Shown here piece by piece: positions 19,960 to 31,077 of a stretch of DNA of 64,000 bases. Within the stretch, counting starts at the first letter, position 1. Each line of letters starts with the position of its first letter. Origin of the DNA: Candidatus Limnocylindrales bacterium (GTDB lineage: Bacteria > Moduliflexota > Moduliflexia > Moduliflexales > JAUQPW01); assembly GCA_035559535.1 (NCBI GenBank), contig DATMBG010000021.1:62001-126000 (forward strand), given 5' to 3'. The translations under genes and the position numbers were made by a program. A model generated the notes under the pieces. The model was not told the DNA's origin. It did not search any database and was given only the letters and a program-made list of their open reading frames with translations.

Positions 19960-21078
19960 ATGGATATCTCTGAATTGTTATTATTTGCTGAGAAACAAGG
20001 CGCTTCAGATTTACATATCAGTGCAGGTGAACCCCCTATGCTTCGAATTCATGGGGATATTAAGAAGATCAATCTCCCCCCTCTCAGTAAAGAAGAAGTT
20101 CATAAGATGCTCTACGACGTTATGGGTGACAGTCAGCGTAAGATATTTGAGGAAAGACACGAACTGGACTTTTCCATAGAGCTGGCAGATATAGCCCGAT
20201 TCCGGGTGAATGTGTTTATGCAGAGACGGGGAGAGGCGGCTGTTTTTCGGTCTATTCCTACCAAGATTCTTTCCTTTGAGCAGTTGGGTTTACCGGAAGT
20301 ATGCAAGAAAATTTGTGAGAACGATCGGGGATTGGTTCTGGTTACCGGACCTACCGGAAGCGGTAAATCGACCACCCTGGCTGCCATGATCGACTACATT
20401 AACGAAACCGAGCACGGGCATATCCTGACCATCGAGGATCCCATTGAGTTTATTCATAAATCCAAAAACTGTTTGATCAATCAAAGGGAGTTGGGTCCTC
20501 ATACCCATAGCTTTGCCAACGCTCTAAGAAGTGCCTTGCGGGAAGACCCCGATGTCATTCTGGTGGGAGAGATGCGAGATCTCGAGACGATCAGTCTGGC
20601 TCTCACGGCAGCCGAAACAGGTCATCTGGTCTTTGCAACCCTTCATACCAGCAGTGCGCCTAAAACCGTGGATCGTATTATCGACGTTTTTCCCGCCGAT
20701 GAACAGGCCCAAGTTCGGGCCATGCTGTCGGAATCCTTAAGGGCGGTCATCTCCCAGACCCTATTGAAAAGGGCCGACGGCAGAGGAAGGGTTGCCGCGC
20801 TGGAAATCCTCATTGGAGTTCCGGCTATTCGCAACCTGATTCGAGAGGCTAAAGTTCACCAGATGCCCTCCATCATGCAGACCGGTCAACAATATGGTAT
20901 GCAGACCCTGGACCAGGTTTTGAAAGATTTGGTCATGAAACGCATCATTACCAAGGAAGAAGCCTTGAGCCGAACAACCAATCCCGATCTGTTTGAAGAT
21001 GCAAAGAATATAAAACCTGTTGCAAGACCCGGTACTCCAACTGGAAGTGGAAGTACGACCGGAGGTATAAAAAGATAA
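19960..21078 (+). CDS. pilT: Type IV pilus retraction ATPase PilT
   Basis: GASDLHI, VTGPTGSGKSTT, TIEDPIEF, LREDPDVILVGEMRD, AIRNLIRE. Confidence 0.96.
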   Translation: MDISELLLFAEKQGASDLHISAGEPPMLRIHGDIKKINLPPLSKEEVHKMLYDVMGDSQRKIFEERHELDFSIELADIARFRVNVFMQRRGEAAVFRSIPTKILSFEQLGLPEVCKKICENDRGLVLVTGPTGSGKSTTLAAMIDYINETEHGHILTIEDPIEFIHKSKNCLINQRELGPHTHSFANALRSALREDPDVILVGEMRDLETISLALTAAETGHLVFATLHTSSAPKTVDRIIDVFPADEQAQVRAMLSESLRAVISQTLLKRADGRGRVAALEILIGVPAIRNLIREAKVHQMPSIMQTGQQYGMQTLDQVLKDLVMKRIITKEEALSRTTNPDLFEDAKNIKPVARPGTPTGSGSTTGGIKR

Positions 21079-21080
21079 CC

Positions 21081-21179
21081 CAGAACTCAGGAGTCAGAAG
21101 CCAGAGGTCGGAATAAAGCCCTTAACCGGATGGGAACTCCCTTTATGCTACCTGCTGACGTCTGACTTCTGAATTCTGA
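21081..21179. repeat. Inverted pair of GAAGTCA-type heptamer arrays (pilT-pilU spacer)
   Basis: CAGAACT CAGGAGT CAGAAGC CAGAGGT CGGAATAAAG ... CTTTATG..CTGACGT CTGACTT CTGAATT CTGA. Confidence 0.75.
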
Positions 21180-21189
21180 TTTTTGCTCC

Positions 21190-22362
21190 ATGACGGTAAA
21201 AGACCTGCTCAAATTCATGGTTCAGCAAGATGCATCGGATCTCTATCTCACGGTGGATGCACCCCCTGTGTATCGAATTCAGGGAGTTACAAGACCTGCC
21301 GGCACGCAGAAATTGCTCCCCGAGCATACGGAACAGCTTGCCTACTCGGTCATGAATAAGCGCCAGCAAGAAATCTTTGAAAAGGAATATGAAATGAATC
21401 TAGCCCTCTACTACCCGGATCTGGGTCGGTTCCGGGTGAATATATTTCGCCAAAGGAACTGTGTGGGTCTGGTGATCCGGCAGATCAAAATGGAGATTAA
21501 AACCATTGATGATCTCCAGCTACCTGCTGTTCTTAAAAATATTGCCATGGCCAAACGAGGGTTGGTCCTGGTCGTAGGGGCTACAGGCTCCGGAAAGTCC
21601 ACCACCCTGGCTGCCATGATCGATTATCGTAACTCCAATTCCCCGGGTCATATTGTGACCATAGAAGATCCAGTTGAGTACATACACCCCCATAAAAAAT
21701 CCCTCGTAACCCAACGAGAAGTAGGTACCGATACCCTTTCCTTTGCCCACGCCTTGAAAAATACACTACGACAGGCACCCGACGTGATTCTGGTTGGAGA
21801 GATCCGAGATGTGGAAACCATGGAAGCCGCCGTGGCTTTTGCAGAAACCGGACATCTCTGTATGGGAACCCTTCATGCTAACAATGCCAACCAGGCCATT
21901 GAGAGAATCATGAATTTCTTCCCTGCCGAACGCCATCCCCAAATTTACCTGCAACTGGCCTTGAATTTACGTGCGATTATCTCCCAAAGATTAGTCCCAA
22001 CCGTAGATGGAAAACGAACCGCTGCGGTGGAAATTTTGTTGGGAACCCCAAGGGTCCAGGATTTGATCCAAAAAGGGGAAGTCGACATCCTTAAAGAAGC
22101 CATGGAACAAAGTGTTCAGGAGGGAATGCAGAGCTTTGATCATGCATTATATATTCTTTATAAACAGGGCCGTATTCGCTATGAAGATGCCCTTGCGAAT
22201 GCAGATAGCGCTAACAATCTTCGGCTAAAAATCAAGCTGGAAGAGGTCGGCCAGGGGGCCAGTAAAGAAGAAGTACTCAAGTCGACTCAAGGCCTAAAGA
22301 TCCAGGAAGATGATCCCAAATCCTCCGGTCGGCTGCTGATCCCACGCCCTCCAAAGAAGTAA
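21190..22362 (+). CDS. pilU: Type IV pilus ATPase PilU
   Basis: ASDLYLT, VGATGSGKSTT, LKNTLRQAPDVILVGEIRD, HANNANQA, NADSANNLRL; follows pilT. Confidence 0.93.
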   Translation: MTVKDLLKFMVQQDASDLYLTVDAPPVYRIQGVTRPAGTQKLLPEHTEQLAYSVMNKRQQEIFEKEYEMNLALYYPDLGRFRVNIFRQRNCVGLVIRQIKMEIKTIDDLQLPAVLKNIAMAKRGLVLVVGATGSGKSTTLAAMIDYRNSNSPGHIVTIEDPVEYIHPHKKSLVTQREVGTDTLSFAHALKNTLRQAPDVILVGEIRDVETMEAAVAFAETGHLCMGTLHANNANQAIERIMNFFPAERHPQIYLQLALNLRAIISQRLVPTVDGKRTAAVEILLGTPRVQDLIQKGEVDILKEAMEQSVQEGMQSFDHALYILYKQGRIRYEDALANADSANNLRLKIKLEEVGQGASKEEVLKSTQGLKIQEDDPKSSGRLLIPRPPKK

Positions 22363-22375
22363 CACCAAAAAGAAT

Positions 22376-22405
22376 AGAGAAGCGGGGAGGTCTCCCCGCT
22401 CCTCT
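22376..22405. terminator. Hairpin terminator between pilU and the convergent lipoprotein gene
   Basis: AGCGGGGAG-GT-CTCCCCGCT. Confidence 0.65.
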
Positions 22406-22415
22406 GAATCCTTTT

Positions 22416-22895
22416 TTAACCTCCCATTCGGCTAAATTGACCCGCCACATCGTTTATTTCAAGGAACCAACCCATAAAAACCTCTGAACCGATGTCTACA
22501 ATTTGATCTGCCGCCACATCATCCACAAAGATAAAATACTGAAATGTTTTTTGGGCCTGAGAACTCGGATCAATTACATCCACCCGGAAATCGTGGGAAC
22601 TTTGGATAGCAATTTGTGTGGTTAAAGCAGTGTGAGGACTTACTTCCACTTCAAATCCATTACTTCCATCTACAGCAATCCGCAAGGTTGAATCGGTTCG
22701 ATTGATAATAGCTCCACAGCCGGGATCTGTACTCAACGTAACTCCGCACTGAGGGGATGGGACGGTACTGAGCGCAGAGGATGTGGAACTTGAAGTTATA
22801 AGATCAGAGCTCTCATCCTCACCACAACCGCCTAAGATTACTCCTAAAATTAAAAATAAAAGAGCGTAACTTATAAACGGCATCGTTTTGCTCAT
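22416..22895 (-). CDS. Hypothetical lipoprotein
   Basis: Hydrophobic N-terminus with LGGC lipobox, Ser-rich linker; AAGGAG RBS. Confidence 0.7.
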   Translation of the reverse strand: MSKTMPFISYALLFLILGVILGGCGEDESSDLITSSSTSSALSTVPSPQCGVTLSTDPGCGAIINRTDSTLRIAVDGSNGFEVEVSPHTALTTQIAIQSSHDFRVDVIDPSSQAQKTFQYFIFVDDVAADQIVDIGSEVFMGWFLEINDVAGQFSRMGG

Positions 22896-23196
22896 AAGTG
22901 CTCCTTATCTATTAAGGTTTAAATAAAGCCAAAGGGTACAAAGACCGTTCTTGATTAAATAAAATCCAAGCTCCCCATATGGATTAGGTGAAATTTTGTA
23001 ATGGAAGGAAAGAAAAAAGTCAACACTTTTTATGTGAAAATTTACTCGTCTAAGTTAAAGATTTTAGATGACTTTTTGCTAACGATTAAATAATATTTAT
23101 TTCGTTACAGGATAAAGGATAAGAGAAAACTAACCCTTGGTTAAAATTACTTACTACAAACTCTGCAGAGGAATAATCCTGGAGGAGGATTCTTGT

Positions 23197-23961
23197 ATGC
23201 TTGAAGACCTGTTTGGATTAGAAGGAAAAGTAAGCCTGGTTACCGGAGCCGGTCGTGGAATCGGAAAAGCAGCAGCCATAGGACTTGCAGAAGCCGGTTC
23301 TCAGGTGGTTTTGGTAAGTCGTTCCCGGAATGAACTGGAAGAAGTGGCCCGGGAGGTTCGGAATCTGGGTCGAAAAGCCCTGGTACTTCCGGCGGATTTA
23401 TTGCAATTTGATAAGATTCCAGAACTGGTAACCCGGACGGTTGAAGAGTTCGGACGATTAGATATTCTGGTCAACAACGCAGGAACCAACCTTAAGCGCC
23501 CCACCGTAGAAGTTCCCTGGGAAGACTTCGACAAGATTATCGGCTTGAATCTCAAAGCGGCCTTTATTCTCTCACAGGCTGCCATTAAACACATGTTGAA
23601 GCAGGGCAGTGGAAAGATCATCAATGTAACCTCCATGACTGCTGCTATCGGAATTCCAACCAGTGCCATCTATTGTTCCAGTAAAGGAGGACTTCAGCAG
23701 TTGACCAAATCTCTGGCGGTCGAGCTGGCTCCCAAGAACATTCAGGTAAATGCCATCGCTCCGGGTATGATTGAGACCGAATTAGCCAAACCCATCCTGG
23801 CCAGGCCGGAATTTCGGAACTGGGTCATGCCGAAAATTCCCATGGGGCGGTTGGGAGTACCCGATGATTTGAAAGGAGCCTTTATTTTCCTGGCAAGTCC
23901 GGCGTCCAATTACGTTACCGGACACACCCTCTTTGTAGACGGCGGCTGGCTGGCCGGATAG
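23197..23961 (+). CDS. SDR oxidoreductase (KduD/gluconate 5-dehydrogenase-like)
   Basis: VTGAGRGIG, NNAG, YCSSKGG, VNAIAPG, VDGGWLA; GGAGG RBS before ATG 23197. Confidence 0.9.
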   Translation: MLEDLFGLEGKVSLVTGAGRGIGKAAAIGLAEAGSQVVLVSRSRNELEEVAREVRNLGRKALVLPADLLQFDKIPELVTRTVEEFGRLDILVNNAGTNLKRPTVEVPWEDFDKIIGLNLKAAFILSQAAIKHMLKQGSGKIINVTSMTAAIGIPTSAIYCSSKGGLQQLTKSLAVELAPKNIQVNAIAPGMIETELAKPILARPEFRNWVMPKIPMGRLGVPDDLKGAFIFLASPASNYVTGHTLFVDGGWLAG

Positions 23962-24017
23962 TACCGGTCCCCAAAATGCTTTTTGTGACCCATTTCCACG
24001 ACTCAACTTCCTATCTT

Positions 24018-24255
24018 AGCCCCGGTGGGGCATACGCGCCAGGATAAGAATATTAACCCCGGCAGGGCAACCTGTAGATAACCCCTGGTGTAAGCCAGGG
24101 GAAACAGGATTCTATCTGTCAAACGGGGACGTTTGGCCTACTCCGGCTTGAAAAATCCTGAATCTCTGAATCCTCTGACTTTCGTCGGGGGCTACCAACT
24201 GCTCCCCCCTAACCGGGCTGTTCAGCTTAACCTGGGGCATAGGCCCCGGGGAGGT
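24018..24255. repeat. Degenerate REP-like palindrome cluster
   Basis: AGCCCCGGTGGGGC, AACCCCGGCAGGG, CCCCTGG-TGTAAG-CCAGGGG and an inverted arm GGCTACC...CCGGGCT; related unit at 36827-36870. Confidence 0.55.
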
Positions 24256-24288
24256 CCTGTTTTCTCCCCAGGATTTTCATAATTTATC

Positions 24289-24316
24289 TTGACAGAATCT
24301 TCAAGAAAGCTAAGCT
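24289..24316 (+). promoter_or_regulatory. Putative sigma70 promoter of the hydratase operon
   Basis: TTGACA-16-TAAGCT about 60 nt before ATG 24379. Confidence 0.55.
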
Positions 24317-24378
24317 TAAAAACAGGTTGCAGCAGACAGGCTCAGACAATATCAACTTCAAAGTAAGGAGAACAAGCT

Positions 24379-24690
24379 ATGAGGCGGATACACGATCGAG
24401 GGGGATGGCCTGATGCCGGTCCGATCCATAAATCTGAACATGATTATGCCATATGGGAGAAACGGACCGATGCCTTGCTGGTTTTGTTGACAAGCCCCCA
24501 GAAGAATATCATGAAGGTCGATGAACTGCGCCGGGCGATTGAGAGCCTGGAACCGGATCAATATGAAAAGCTAACCTATTATGAGAAGTGGATTACCGCC
24601 ATCGAAATGATTATGATCGAGAAGGGAATCCTAACCCGTGAAGAAATTGATCGGAAAGTCGAAGAACTGGAGGCTCAGGGGAGAATATGA
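24379..24690 (+). CDS. Nitrile hydratase beta N-terminal domain / thiocyanate hydrolase ScnB-like subunit
   Basis: HDRGG, WEKR, DELRRAIE, YYEKW, EKGILTREEI; AAGGAG RBS. Confidence 0.85.
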   Translation: MRRIHDRGGWPDAGPIHKSEHDYAIWEKRTDALLVLLTSPQKNIMKVDELRRAIESLEPDQYEKLTYYEKWITAIEMIMIEKGILTREEIDRKVEELEAQGRI

Positions 24691-24692
24691 AT

Positions 24693-24763
24693 TCTGAGAC
24701 ACGGAGACATGGGGACACGGAGACATTTCCCCGCGTCCCCATGTCTCCGTGTCCTAAACAGGG
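24693..24763. repeat. Inverted pair of GAGACACG octamer arrays (short MITE-like copy)
   Basis: GAGACACG GAGACATG GGGACACG GAGACA / TCCCCGCG TCCCCATG TCTCCGTG TCC; ends shared with 37527-37679. Confidence 0.8.
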
Positions 24764-24777
24764 TCCTTTTTTGAAAG

Positions 24778-25059
24778 GTGACTAAATTTAAACCTGGAGA
24801 TAGGGTTCGGATCAGAACAGGTTCTCCACCCGGGCATTTTCGTACCCCGGCCTATATTCAGGGTAAGGTGGGGATTATTAAAACAATCCATGGTTTGTTT
24901 GGGAATCCGGAATCCCTTGCATACGGAGGAGATGGATTGCCAAAACAGGTTCTCTATCAGGTTTGTTTTGATCAAACCCAGGTTTGGGAAGAGTATAAAG
25001 GATCTTCCCGAGACAAGCTTCTCATAGATATTTATGAACATTGGCTGGAACCGGTCTGA
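24778..25059 (+). CDS. Nitrile hydratase beta C-terminal SH3-like domain / ScnA-like subunit
   Basis: FKPGDRVRI, GHFRTPAYIQGKVG, NPESLAYG, LYQVCF, IDIYEHWLEP. Confidence 0.85.
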   Translation: MTKFKPGDRVRIRTGSPPGHFRTPAYIQGKVGIIKTIHGLFGNPESLAYGGDGLPKQVLYQVCFDQTQVWEEYKGSSRDKLLIDIYEHWLEPV

Positions 25060-25143
25060 GAACCGGTAGCCCCAATTTTTGGGGAACGACTTGGGATCTT
25101 TTTTATTAAAAACAACCGAGGTCGTTGCTCCAATCGGGTAAGT

Positions 25144-25776
25144 ATGCACAAAGACCATCCTTTAGAAGCTCATGTGCCTGTTCAAAATGAGCCTGAACTC
25201 ACCTATTACGAGAAGCGGACTTATGCTATTCAGGCTCTTTTGATTGAGAAAGGAATCATAACCGCGGATGAAGTTCGTCGGGCAGTTGAAGATATGGATT
25301 CACGGACCCCTGCTTTGGGAGCAAAGGTTGTAGCCCGAGCCTGGGTGGATCCGGCGTTTAAAGCACGTCTTTTGTCCGATGCGAAGGCGGCAGTGGCCGA
25401 ACTGGGAATAGAGGTCAGTCCGCTAAGCGTTCTTGTTGCGGTTGAAAATACCGAAAAGGTTCATCACGTCGTGGTGTGCACCTTATGCTCCTGTTACCCC
25501 CGTTCTATCCTGGGTTTACCTCCAGACTGGTACAAGAGTTTGAACTACAGATCCAGGGTTGTAGCAGATCCACGGGGTGTCTTAAAGGAGTTTGGACTGG
25601 AACTGGACCCCGATGTAGAAGTACGGGTTCTGGATAGTACGGCGGATATGCGTTATCTGGTTATTCCGGCACGTCCACCTGGGACGGAAAACATGAGTGA
25701 AGAGGAACTTGCCGGTTTGGTCACCAGGGATAGTATGATCGGCGTCGCGAAAGCCCGCAATCCCGGCGAACCCTAG
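25144..25776 (+). CDS. nthA: Nitrile hydratase alpha / thiocyanate hydrolase gamma (ScnC)-like subunit, Co-type
   Basis: GAKVVARAWVDPAFK, metal motif VCTLCSCYP, WYKS..YRSRVV.DPRGVL.EFG, LVTRDSMIG. Confidence 0.9.
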   Translation: MHKDHPLEAHVPVQNEPELTYYEKRTYAIQALLIEKGIITADEVRRAVEDMDSRTPALGAKVVARAWVDPAFKARLLSDAKAAVAELGIEVSPLSVLVAVENTEKVHHVVVCTLCSCYPRSILGLPPDWYKSLNYRSRVVADPRGVLKEFGLELDPDVEVRVLDSTADMRYLVIPARPPGTENMSEEELAGLVTRDSMIGVAKARNPGEP

Positions 25777-25853
25777 GCTATAAGTGGGGGCCATGAGCTC
25801 AGGATAGAAAACAAATTCCTCACAGCCCATGGCGTAGAACCTATTGTCTTTTT

Positions 25854-27533
25854 GTGTTATTGGAACTTCATATAGAAAATTTTGCTATTATTGATAAACT
25901 CCACGTGGAATTTTCCAAAGGATTCAATGTCCTTACCGGGGAAACGGGAGCCGGAAAATCTATTCTTATTGATGCCCTTAGTCTGGCCCTAGGAAGTAAA
26001 TCCAGCAGCGAGATGATTCGATCCGATGCCGAAAAGGCGGTGGTAGAGATACGGGTGGATGTGCAGGAGAATGAAACGGTCAGAACCAAAGCAGTGGAGT
26101 TGGGATTTTTAAGTCCTTCGGAAGAATCCCAGGAGTTGATCATTCGTCGGGAAATCTCCCGAAGCGGCAAGGGTCGTGCCCTTATCAACGGCAATCTGGC
26201 AACTACTGCCATGCTGGCAGAACTCGGAGAAAATCTCATCGACATCCACGGTCAACACCAACACCAGTCTCTCCTGAAACCTTCTATCCATATCGACCTG
26301 TTGGATGCTTTTGGAGGTCTGTTAAAGCTTCGCAAAGAGTTTGAAGAAAAGTTTCAAAGGTTCAAACAGGTCCAGACGGAACTTCGGGAATTAAAAGAAA
26401 GTATTCGGACCCGGATGCAGCGCCTGGATCTACTGAATTTTCAAAAGCAAGAAATTGAAAAAGCTCACCTGATTCCGGGGGAAGATGAAGAACTTCAGCG
26501 GGAAAGGAAACTTCTTTCCGCTGCGGAACGACTGGCTACCGAGACCCAGGAAGCCTATGAACTCCTCTACGGTGGGGAAGAATCCCTGGTGGACAGGTTA
26601 GGACAGGTACTGAATTTATTAAAAGACCTGACCCAAATCGATGATTCACTATCTCCCCTGTTAAGTTCTTGCGAATCTATTGGTTACCAGTTGGAAGATA
26701 TAGCTTATTCTCTTCGGGATTATGCTCAAAAGGTTGAGTTTAATCCTCAACGATTAGAGGAAATTGAGCGACGCCTGGACGAACTCCATCGACTCAAGAG
26801 AAAATACGGAAATACCCTTTCGGATATCCTGGATTTGAAAAAGAGTATTGAGGAAGAGTTAGCGTCTTACGATGAAGGAGAGGAGAGGTTGGAGAAGTTA
26901 GAAAACACTTTTAGAAATTTAGAAGAAGAACTGCGCATGCGTGCTGAAGAGTTATCCCGGCGGCGACAAGAGGTTGCTAAAAACATGGAATTATTGGTCA
27001 TGAAAGAACTCGGCGAGTTAAATATGGATAAAACCCGGTTTCAAATAACCCTGGAGCCCGGTAATTCAGGAGAATATCCCTTTACCTCTAAGGGGAAGGA
27101 CAGGGTGGAATTTTTTATGGCTCCTAACCCGGGGGAGGATCTAAAGCCTCTCAGTAAGATCGCTTCGGGAGGCGAGATATCCCGAATTATGCTGGCGTTT
27201 AAGACCATCTTAGCTTCCGTAGATAACGTTTCAACCCTTATCTTTGATGAAGTAGACCTGGGAATTGGAGGACGGATCGCCGAGATGGTCGGCAAAAAGT
27301 TAAAATTTATTTCGTCTTCCCGACAGGTTATTTGTATAACCCATCTTCCCCAGATAGCCAGTAAAGCCGATTTACATCTCCAGATCTCCAAGGAAGTTCA
27401 GGGGGGTAAGACTCTCACAAAGGTTCGAAGGCTATCGGAGTCCGAGCGAATAGAGGAGATTGCCCGGATGCTGGGAGGAGAAACAATTACAGAGACCACG
27501 TTGAAGCATGCGCGGGAAATGCTGGGATATTAA
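25854..27533 (+). CDS. recN: DNA repair protein RecN
   Basis: LTGETGAGKSILIDAL, IHGQHQHQ, IASGGEISR, IFDEVDLG, ITHLPQIA. Confidence 0.96.
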   Translation: MLLELHIENFAIIDKLHVEFSKGFNVLTGETGAGKSILIDALSLALGSKSSSEMIRSDAEKAVVEIRVDVQENETVRTKAVELGFLSPSEESQELIIRREISRSGKGRALINGNLATTAMLAELGENLIDIHGQHQHQSLLKPSIHIDLLDAFGGLLKLRKEFEEKFQRFKQVQTELRELKESIRTRMQRLDLLNFQKQEIEKAHLIPGEDEELQRERKLLSAAERLATETQEAYELLYGGEESLVDRLGQVLNLLKDLTQIDDSLSPLLSSCESIGYQLEDIAYSLRDYAQKVEFNPQRLEEIERRLDELHRLKRKYGNTLSDILDLKKSIEEELASYDEGEERLEKLENTFRNLEEELRMRAEELSRRRQEVAKNMELLVMKELGELNMDKTRFQITLEPGNSGEYPFTSKGKDRVEFFMAPNPGEDLKPLSKIASGGEISRIMLAFKTILASVDNVSTLIFDEVDLGIGGRIAEMVGKKLKFISSSRQVICITHLPQIASKADLHLQISKEVQGGKTLTKVRRLSESERIEEIARMLGGETITETTLKHAREMLGY

Positions 27534-27696
27534 ACTTTTCCCCTTGACAAAGGGGCTTGTAACTTAGTAATAATTAATATCTATGGCTTAAAACAAAAAC
27601 GAAACCGGGAGTGAAAGCCGAAAATTCCGAACTCCTATCATCCAGAGGGATATCAGTTCGTGAATCTTTATCCTGGGTCATTTTCAGTTAAAAACT

Positions 27697-28125
27697 ATGA
27701 AAACATTTTCAGCCAAGAAAGAGGAAGTTCAGCATAAGTGGTATGTAATTAATGCAGAGGGAAAGGTTTTAGGCCGACTGGCAGTTGAAATCGCTAAGAG
27801 ATTAAGAGGTAAGCATAAACCTATTTTTACTCCCCATGTAGATACCGGGGATTATATCATCGTCACCAATGCGAGTAAAATTACCTTGACAGGTCGGAAG
27901 TTGCAACATAAAGTTTACATCCGGCATAGTGGGTACCCCGGCGGATTAAAATCTATAACGGCAGAAAAATTGCTAAAGGAAAAACCGGAGAGATTGATTG
28001 AGGCCGCTGTGTGGGGAATGTTACCCAAAAACCGGTTAAGTCGAAAGCTTTTGCATAAGCTAAAGGTATATGCTGGACCGGAGCATCCCCATCAGGCCCA
28101 GCGACCTGAGCCGTTAAATATATAG
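27697..28125 (+). CDS. rplM: 50S ribosomal protein L13
   Basis: [31 protein letters not shown]. Confidence 0.98.
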   Translation: MKTFSAKKEEVQHKWYVINAEGKVLGRLAVEIAKRLRGKHKPIFTPHVDTGDYIIVTNASKITLTGRKLQHKVYIRHSGYPGGLKSITAEKLLKEKPERLIEAAVWGMLPKNRLSRKLLHKLKVYAGPEHPHQAQRPEPLNI

Positions 28126-28136
28126 ATACAGACATT

Positions 28137-28261
28137 CTTGAAGTTAGAGGGTGAAAGTCAGAATAACTCCCTTATCGGGGACAGGGGAAATGCCCCTGGC
28201 TCCCAGAGGAGAAAGTGTGGGGAAGGTTTTTATTCTAACTTTCAACCTCGGACTTCTGGAT
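28137..28261. repeat. Heptamer-array inverted repeat inserted between rplM and rpsI
   Basis: GAGGGTGAAAGTCAGAATAA ... TTATTCTAACTTTCAACCTC (18/20 complementary) enclosing a CAGGGG..CCCCTG hairpin. Confidence 0.75.
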
Positions 28262-28268
28262 TTTAAAA

Positions 28269-28673
28269 ATGGAAGGTGAAAACGTAATCCAGCAGTACTA
28301 TGGTACCGGAAAGAGGAAGACGGCCATAGCAAGAGTCTGGCTAAGACCTGGTAAGGGTCGTATAACCGTCAATAAAATCCCCATTGATAAATACTTTCCC
28401 CGCGACACCTTAAAAACCTTCATTAAACAACCTTTAAAACTCACGAAAAATCTTAATACTTTCGATATTTACGTAAATGTTCATGGAGGTGGAAAAAGCG
28501 GACAAGCGGGGGCAATTCGACATGGCATAGCCCGGGCTTTGCTAAATTACGATCTTGAATTGCGCCCTGTGTTGAAAAAAGCGGGCTTACTCACCCGAGA
28601 TGCACGGGTAAAAGAGAGGAAAAAATACGGACAACGCGGAGCGAGAGCCCGATTTCAATTTTCTAAAAGATAA
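28269..28673 (+). CDS. rpsI: 30S ribosomal protein S9
   Basis: [43 protein letters not shown]. Confidence 0.98.
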   Translation: MEGENVIQQYYGTGKRKTAIARVWLRPGKGRITVNKIPIDKYFPRDTLKTFIKQPLKLTKNLNTFDIYVNVHGGGKSGQAGAIRHGIARALLNYDLELRPVLKKAGLLTRDARVKERKKYGQRGARARFQFSKR

Positions 28674-28750
28674 TTTTTTATATTCATTCAAAGGGGTTTT
28701 CAGGGTACCTTCTTCCCATGAAAGCCCTTTGAGTGAAAGGAGGGAGTTGG

Positions 28751-29587
28751 TTGAGCGAAATAACCATGAAGGAATTATTAGAGGCTGGGGTCCACTTTGG
28801 GCACCAGACCAAGCGATGGAACCCAAAGATGAAGAAATATATCTTTGGGGAACGGAACGGTATTTATATTATAGATTTACAGAAAACCTTGAAGAAGTTT
28901 AAGGAAGCATATGAAAAAATTGTAGATACCGTTGCAAAGGGAGGTAAAATTCTCCTGGTTGGGACTAAAAAACAAGCGCGAGATGTTATTGTTGAGGAAG
29001 CCAAACGTTGTGGGATGTATTACGTGAATCAACGTTGGTTGGGGGGAACCTTAACCAACTTTTCTACTATTAAGAACAGTATCGAAAAGCTTAAACGGCT
29101 GGAACAACTGAAACAGGAACCTGAAAGTAGCCCCTTAATCAAGAAAGAGAGATTACGTCTGGAGCGGACCATTGCGAAGCTTGAGAAGTTTCTAGGAGGC
29201 ATTAAAGACATGGATAGGCTTCCGGATATGCTCTTCGTGATCGATCCCAAGAAAGAGAAGATTGCAGTTGCTGAAGCAAATAAACTGGGCATTCCCATTG
29301 TGGCCATTGTGGATACCAATTGTGATCCGGATAAAATTGATTATGTGATTCCAGGTAATGATGATGCGATTCGGGCCATTAAATTATTCGCTTCTAAAGT
29401 TGCAGATGCCGTACTGGAAGGTAAAGCAATCCTGGAGAGCCAGCAAGCCGCTATGGAAAAGCTTCCAGAATTTGAGAAGACTCAAGGAGAATCTGAAAAA
29501 GAGAGTAAACTAGAAGACTCTGAAGAGCCTATAGAAGGAGTTAAATCGACGACTCCTTCCAACGAGGAACAAGTGGTAGTATCCTAA
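28751..29587 (+). CDS. rpsB: 30S ribosomal protein S2
   Basis: [44 protein letters not shown] start at 28751 after AAGGAGG. Confidence 0.97.
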   Translation: MSEITMKELLEAGVHFGHQTKRWNPKMKKYIFGERNGIYIIDLQKTLKKFKEAYEKIVDTVAKGGKILLVGTKKQARDVIVEEAKRCGMYYVNQRWLGGTLTNFSTIKNSIEKLKRLEQLKQEPESSPLIKKERLRLERTIAKLEKFLGGIKDMDRLPDMLFVIDPKKEKIAVAEANKLGIPIVAIVDTNCDPDKIDYVIPGNDDAIRAIKLFASKVADAVLEGKAILESQQAAMEKLPEFEKTQGESEKESKLEDSEEPIEGVKSTTPSNEEQVVVS

Positions 29588-29665
29588 TCAACTATGCACA
29601 ATGGACAATGAGCCAGGAACCCCAAGGTTCATTGTTAATTGCTAATTGCTCATTGCGAAGTTAAA

Positions 29666-30993
<1,328 letters not shown>

Positions 30994-30994
30994 A

Positions 30995-31071
30995 CAATGA
31001 ACCCAGAACAATGAGCAGTTACCAATTAACAATGGTTAATGGTTCATGGTTAATGGTTCATTGGGAATTGT
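30995..31071. repeat. Inverted pair of CAATGAA / TTAATGG-type heptamer arrays (pyrH-frr spacer)
   Basis: CAATGAA CCCAGAA CAATGAG CAGTTAC CAATTAA ... TTAATGG TTCATGG TTAATGG TTCATTG; same type at 29592-29655. Confidence 0.75.
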
Positions 31072-31077
31072 TACACG

